Of a stretch of DNA of 64,000 nucleotides, positions 59,785-64,000 are shown in pieces (positions within the stretch are counted from its first letter, which is position 1; each line of letters opens with the position of its first letter). Below the pieces are notes generated by a model. That model did not search any database and was not told the DNA's origin. It saw only the letters and a list, made by a program, of their open reading frames with translations. The stretch spans positions 39,504 to 103,503 of the forward strand of contig CABZCX010000003.1 of NCBI GenBank assembly GCA_902524345.1, in the 5' to 3' direction. The DNA is from an uncultured Pelagibacteraceae bacterium. Its GTDB lineage: Bacteria > Pseudomonadota > Alphaproteobacteria > Pelagibacterales > Pelagibacteraceae. Both the position numbers and the translations under genes were made by a program.

Positions 59785-60651
59785 TCAAATTAACTTTTTT
59801 AAGTAATTCGCGTAGTTACAATTTCCATAAAATTGAATTGCATTTAAAATCTCTTTTTTTCCAATCCATTTATTGTTAAAAGCAATTTCTTCTGGACAAC
59901 CAATTTTAAAACCTTGTCTATTTTCTATTGCTGATACGAAAGCGCTTGTTTTATAAAAATCTTCTATAGAACCACTATCTAACCATGCGCTTCCACGACC
60001 AAGAATTTCTGATGTCAATTTTTTTTTTCTTAAATAAATTTTTAATAAATCTACGATCTCCAACTCTTTTCTTGATGAAGGTTTTAGTTGTTTTGAATAT
60101 TTAACGACTTTTTTATCAAAAAAATAAAGTCCTGTTACTGCTAAATTAGAAATATATTTTTTAGGTTTTTCAATAATATTCAAAATTTTATTATTTTTAT
60201 TTACTTTGGCGACACCAAATAATTCTGGATTTAAAACTCTATGTAAAATAATTCTAGCTCCAGATTTTAATTTTTTATATTTATTTAAATTTTCAGATAA
60301 ACCTTGACCATAAAAAAAATTATCTCCTAAAATCATTGCAACACTTTTATTATCAATAAATTTTTCTCCTAAAATAAATGCATCTGGTAAGCCTCTTGGT
60401 TTGCTTTGCTCTTGATAACTGACTTTAATTCCAAGATTTTTTCCATTTTGTATTAATTTTCTATATTGATTAATTTGACCCTTGTTAACAATAATCAGGA
60501 TATCTCTAATCTTTGATAACATTAAAATTGAAAGAGGATAAAAAATAAGCGGTTTATCGTAAATGGGTAACAGCTGTTTATTTACAGCTTTTGTAAGCGG
60601 ACTCATTCTTGTTCCAGTTCCGCCCGCAAGTATAATTCCTTTATTAATCAT
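59785..60651 (-). CDS. rmlA: Glucose-1-phosphate thymidylyltransferase
   Basis: GIILAGGTGTRM, KQLLPIYDKP, LGDN, EKP, WLDSG. Confidence 0.97.
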   Translation of the reverse strand: MINKGIILAGGTGTRMSPLTKAVNKQLLPIYDKPLIFYPLSILMLSKIRDILIIVNKGQINQYRKLIQNGKNLGIKVSYQEQSKPRGLPDAFILGEKFIDNKSVAMILGDNFFYGQGLSENLNKYKKLKSGARIILHRVLNPELFGVAKVNKNNKILNIIEKPKKYISNLAVTGLYFFDKKVVKYSKQLKPSSRKELEIVDLLKIYLRKKKLTSEILGRGSAWLDSGSIEDFYKTSAFVSAIENRQGFKIGCPEEIAFNNKWIGKKEILNAIQFYGNCNYANYLKKLI

Positions 60652-61663
60652 TTTTACCCAATCTCCGAAGAATATCTTTTTTTGTTAAGAATTTATAGTA
60701 TGATTTATTTTTATTATACCAGTTGAAAGTATTCTTTAACCCAATTGTAAAATTTGTTTTTGGACGGAACTTTAACTCCCGTTTTATCTTTTTGCTATCT
60801 AAAGCATAGCGAAAATCATGACCCGGTCTATCTTTAACAAAATTTATTTTTACTTTATTGCCAATCTTTATCAATTTTTTTGAAATATTTAAAAGACTTT
60901 TACATACCTCAAGATTTGAAAGATTTTTATTTGAACCTATATTATAAAATTCTCCAATCTTCCCATTTTTGAAAATTTTTAATAAAGCTTCGCAATGATC
61001 TTTGACATAAATCCACTCTCTCGAATTAATACCTTTACCGTAGATTGGTAAATTTCTATTATTCAAAATATTATAAATCAACTTCGGTATTAATTTTTCA
61101 GGGTGTTGTTTTGGTCCATAATTATTTGAACAATTGGTAACAATTGCGGGAATCTTGTATGTTCTAATGTAAGAAAAAACTAAGTGGTCTGAAGCAGCTT
61201 TACTAGCGGCATATGGAGAACTTGGTCTATATGAGTTTTTTTCTGATGCTCTTCCTTTTAAAATATCACCAAAAACTTCATCAGTCGATATGTGAATTAA
61301 TCTTGATTTGTATTTTTTTGAAAATGATTTGAAATATTCTAAAAGATTATAGACACTTATTATATTGCTATTAATAAAATTTTTTGGATTATCTATGGAT
61401 CTATCCACATGAGTTTCGGCAGCTAAATTAAAAATACATACTGGTTTGTATCTAAAAAGAATATTTCTCATTTTAGTATTCCCAATATCACATCTTATAA
61501 ACTTATAGTTTTTTGAAGCTTTAAAATTTTTTACATTATAGAAATTTGAAGAGTAAGTTACTTTGTCTATATTCAATACTTTATATTTTTTTTCCAATAA
61601 TAACTCTATCAGATTGCTGCCAATAAAGCCTAATCCACCAGTAACAATTATATTTTTTGACAT
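60644..61663 (-). CDS. rmlB: dTDP-glucose 4,6-dehydratase
   Basis: TGGLGFIG, AAETHVDRS, ISTDEV, YAASK, DRPGHD. Confidence 0.97.
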   Translation of the reverse strand: MSKNIIVTGGLGFIGSNLIELLLEKKYKVLNIDKVTYSSNFYNVKNFKASKNYKFIRCDIGNTKMRNILFRYKPVCIFNLAAETHVDRSIDNPKNFINSNIISVYNLLEYFKSFSKKYKSRLIHISTDEVFGDILKGRASEKNSYRPSSPYAASKAASDHLVFSYIRTYKIPAIVTNCSNNYGPKQHPEKLIPKLIYNILNNRNLPIYGKGINSREWIYVKDHCEALLKIFKNGKIGEFYNIGSNKNLSNLEVCKSLLNISKKLIKIGNKVKINFVKDRPGHDFRYALDSKKIKRELKFRPKTNFTIGLKNTFNWYNKNKSYYKFLTKKDILRRLGKND

Positions 61664-61721
61664 TAATATTTTTATTTCATTGCAAAGAATTTATAAGATT
61701 AATGTTTAATTTACAAATTAA

Positions 61722-61796
61722 TGGTGGGCCGTGTTGGTTACGCTCCAACTACCCCTGCAATGTCAATGCAGTACTCTACTATTGAGCTAACGGCCC
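61722..61796 (-). tRNA. tRNA-Val(GAC) with non-canonical T-loop
   Basis: Complete cloverleaf: GGGCCGT/ACGGCCC acceptor stem, CTGCA-TTGACAT-TGCAG, GTTGG-AGCGTAA-CCAAC, A73 and CCA. Confidence 0.9.
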
Positions 61797-61801
61797 GGAA
61801 A

Positions 61802-63625
61802 TTAACTTTCTAAGAAACTTTTAAGCTGTTTTGATCTGCTTGGGTGTTTTAACTTTCTTAAAGCTTTAGCCTCAATTTGTCTAATACGTTCTCTTGTTAC
61901 GGAAAATTGCAAACCTACTTCTTCTAATGTATGGTCAGTGTTCATTCCAACCCCAAATCGCATTCTTAAAACTCTCTCTTCTCTAGGAGTAAGGGTGGAT
62001 AATATCTTTGTGGTTGCTTCTCCTAAGTTTGATTTTATTGCTTGCTCTAAAGGTGCAAGAGCTTTTGTATCTTCTATAAAATCTCCAAGGCTACTATCTT
62101 CCTCATCGCCAACTGGTTTTTCAAGGGATACAGGTTCTTTTGAAATTTTTAAAACCTTTCTTACTTTATCTAGTGGCATTCTCAGTTTTTTTGCTAATTC
62201 TTCAGGGGTTGCCTCTCTTCCAAATTCACTAAGTATTAGCCTTTGAGTTCTGACAATTTTATTTATAGTTTCAATCATATGGACAGGAATTCTAATTGTT
62301 CTTGCTTGATCTGCTATTGATCTTGTAATTGCTTGTCGAATCCACCAAGTAGCGTATGTAGAGAATTTATACCCTCTTCTATATTCAAATTTATCAACAG
62401 CTTTCATTAGTCCAATATTACCCTCTTGAATTAGATCTAAAAACTGTAAACCTCGATTTGTATATTTTTTTGCGATAGAAATAACTAATCTCAAATTTGC
62501 TTCAACCATTTCTTTTTTAGCAATTCTAGACTCTTTCTCTCCTTTTTGAATTCTGCTGACTAATTTTTTATAGTCGGTCACAGATATACCTAATTTATGG
62601 CTAATCTCTACTAATCTATCTCTAATATTTTTGAATTCACTTTTGTTTTTTGAAAAAAATTGTTTCCATAAAGTATTTGTGTCTAAAAATTTTTTTAAAT
62701 TTGGATTAATCTCATTACCTATATAAAATTTAATAAATTCATTTCTAGAAATTTTGTGATCCAAAGCTAATCTTAACAGATTACCTTCTAATGAGACTAT
62801 TTTTTTATTTTCTACATAATGTTTTTGTACTAACTCCTCCAGAACAGAAGGAGATAATTGAAGGGACTTAATATTTTCTAATATATCATTTACAATTTTG
62901 TCATGACCTTTTTCTTTAGCAGGCGAGAATGTTTTGGAGTTTAATACGCAATCTAATTTTTCTTTTTGATACTTGATCAATTTATTATATTCTTTGGTTA
63001 ATATGCTAACAGTTTTAAGAACTTTTGGTTTAATTTCACTTTCCATTGCTGCAAGAGTAGGATTAAAGTCATCGTCCTCCTCGCTAGACCCCTCCTCTTT
63101 TTCCATTTCACCAGAATTTTTTTGCTTTGCACTTGGCCCTGTTGTTTCATCTTCCATATAATTGGTATCAATATCAATAATTTCTCTCACTAAAATTTCA
63201 TCTTTTTGAAGTTTTTCGTTCCATTCAAAAAATTGTTGAGCTGTTATTGGGCTTTGGGATAACGCGATCAACATTACATCTTTTCCTGCTTCAATTCTTT
63301 TTGCTATAGCTATCTCCCCTTCTCTGGATAATAATTCCACACCACCCATTTCCCTGAGATACATTCTGATTGGATCATCGCTCTTCTCGATTGTTTTGCC
63401 CTCTTCTTTTGATGAACTATCTTTTTTTCTTAAAACTTTAAAATCTGATTTTTTTTCTACTAGAGTTACTTTTTCATCGAGAATATGTATAAAAGCTTGA
63501 GCAAGATTCTCGTCTGATAAATTTCGTTTTCCAAGTGATTTACTTAGTTCCTCGTAAGTTATGAAACCTCTATGGGTTCCACGACCCATTAATCTAGCAA
63601 ATGATTTTGTTATAATTCTTTCCAC
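61802..63625 (-). CDS. rpoD: Primary sigma factor RpoD
   Basis: [50 protein letters not shown]; GTG start. Confidence 0.99.
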   Translation of the reverse strand: MERIITKSFARLMGRGTHRGFITYEELSKSLGKRNLSDENLAQAFIHILDEKVTLVEKKSDFKVLRKKDSSSKEEGKTIEKSDDPIRMYLREMGGVELLSREGEIAIAKRIEAGKDVMLIALSQSPITAQQFFEWNEKLQKDEILVREIIDIDTNYMEDETTGPSAKQKNSGEMEKEEGSSEEDDDFNPTLAAMESEIKPKVLKTVSILTKEYNKLIKYQKEKLDCVLNSKTFSPAKEKGHDKIVNDILENIKSLQLSPSVLEELVQKHYVENKKIVSLEGNLLRLALDHKISRNEFIKFYIGNEINPNLKKFLDTNTLWKQFFSKNKSEFKNIRDRLVEISHKLGISVTDYKKLVSRIQKGEKESRIAKKEMVEANLRLVISIAKKYTNRGLQFLDLIQEGNIGLMKAVDKFEYRRGYKFSTYATWWIRQAITRSIADQARTIRIPVHMIETINKIVRTQRLILSEFGREATPEELAKKLRMPLDKVRKVLKISKEPVSLEKPVGDEEDSSLGDFIEDTKALAPLEQAIKSNLGEATTKILSTLTPREERVLRMRFGVGMNTDHTLEEVGLQFSVTRERIRQIEAKALRKLKHPSRSKQLKSFLES

Positions 63626-63691
63626 AGCTTTAAGTTTGAAGAGTCTTATATAATCTTAAATTTATAAAAATCCATTAATAAATAACCTAAA

Positions 63692-64000
63692 TTAATTGAT
63701 ATTTTGCTTTTTTTTAAGCTCTTTTAGCTCGTTGAATGTCGTCTCGCTCAAATCTTTTGAAAACTTAGATTCTAATTCTTGGATTCTGAGTTCTAAATTA
63801 TAACTATTCAAATCTCTATTAATGTCATCTAATAATCCAATTATCTCATGATCGTTTTTATTTTTTTTATTTAAGATATATTTAATTGGAGCAAACTTAT
63901 CAATTTTTTCAATTAATTGTTTATCAATTTCTAAATCTTTAAGAGCAAGTTTTTTATCAAGTTTGAGATTTGAAATAATTTTTGAAAAAATTTGTTTATT
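63692..64000 (-). CDS. dnaG: DNA primase, C-terminal part (5' end outside window)
   Basis: Open frame ending ...LRIQELESKFSKDLSETTFNELKELKKKQNIN* directly upstream of rpoD; the call rests mainly on dnaG-rpoD synteny. Confidence 0.8.
   Translation of the reverse strand, partial: NKQIFSKIISNLKLDKKLALKDLEIDKQLIEKIDKFAPIKYILNKKNKNDHEIIGLLDDINRDLNSYNLELRIQELESKFSKDLSETTFNELKELKKKQNIN

Overview
Very AT-rich, gene-dense alphaproteobacterial chromosome segment. Gene content and order (proteorhodopsin-ferredoxin-FNR-GST, ppc, nadA/nadC, a compact dcw cluster with a MurE-MurF fusion, rnpB, rpoD/dnaG) point to SAR11/Pelagibacter; this is an inference from recognised proteins. Most of the window is core genome: recA (partial), tolC, umuDC, ppc, dksA, blue-type proteorhodopsin, prpE, pyrC, ygfZ, nadAC, fumC, uvrD, ligA, bamD, lpxC, the dcw cluster, rnpB, mlaA/mlaC, rmlBACD, rpoD, dnaG (partial) and three tRNAs. 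The most striking structure is a ~2.4 kb integrase-less cassette (about 55963-58401) at tRNA-Ile(CAU). It duplicates the 5' half of the tRNA up to the anticodon loop, appears to supply the intact tRNA with a new promoter, is bracketed by tandem GTTGGTAAA repeats that look like integrase arm sites, and carries one 695-aa gene with DUF4241-like and LRR-like parts. Other notable items: a tRNA-Val(GAC) with a rewired D/T-loop elbow, a 234-aa FtsA lacking its ATPase motifs with ftsZ moved next to mraZ, a secreted PL5-like (alginate) lyase coupled to ppc, two coupled small membrane ORFs after dksA that the ORF track missed, and alpha-type SOS boxes at recA and umuDC. All family calls come from motif recognition by eye; no database searches were run.
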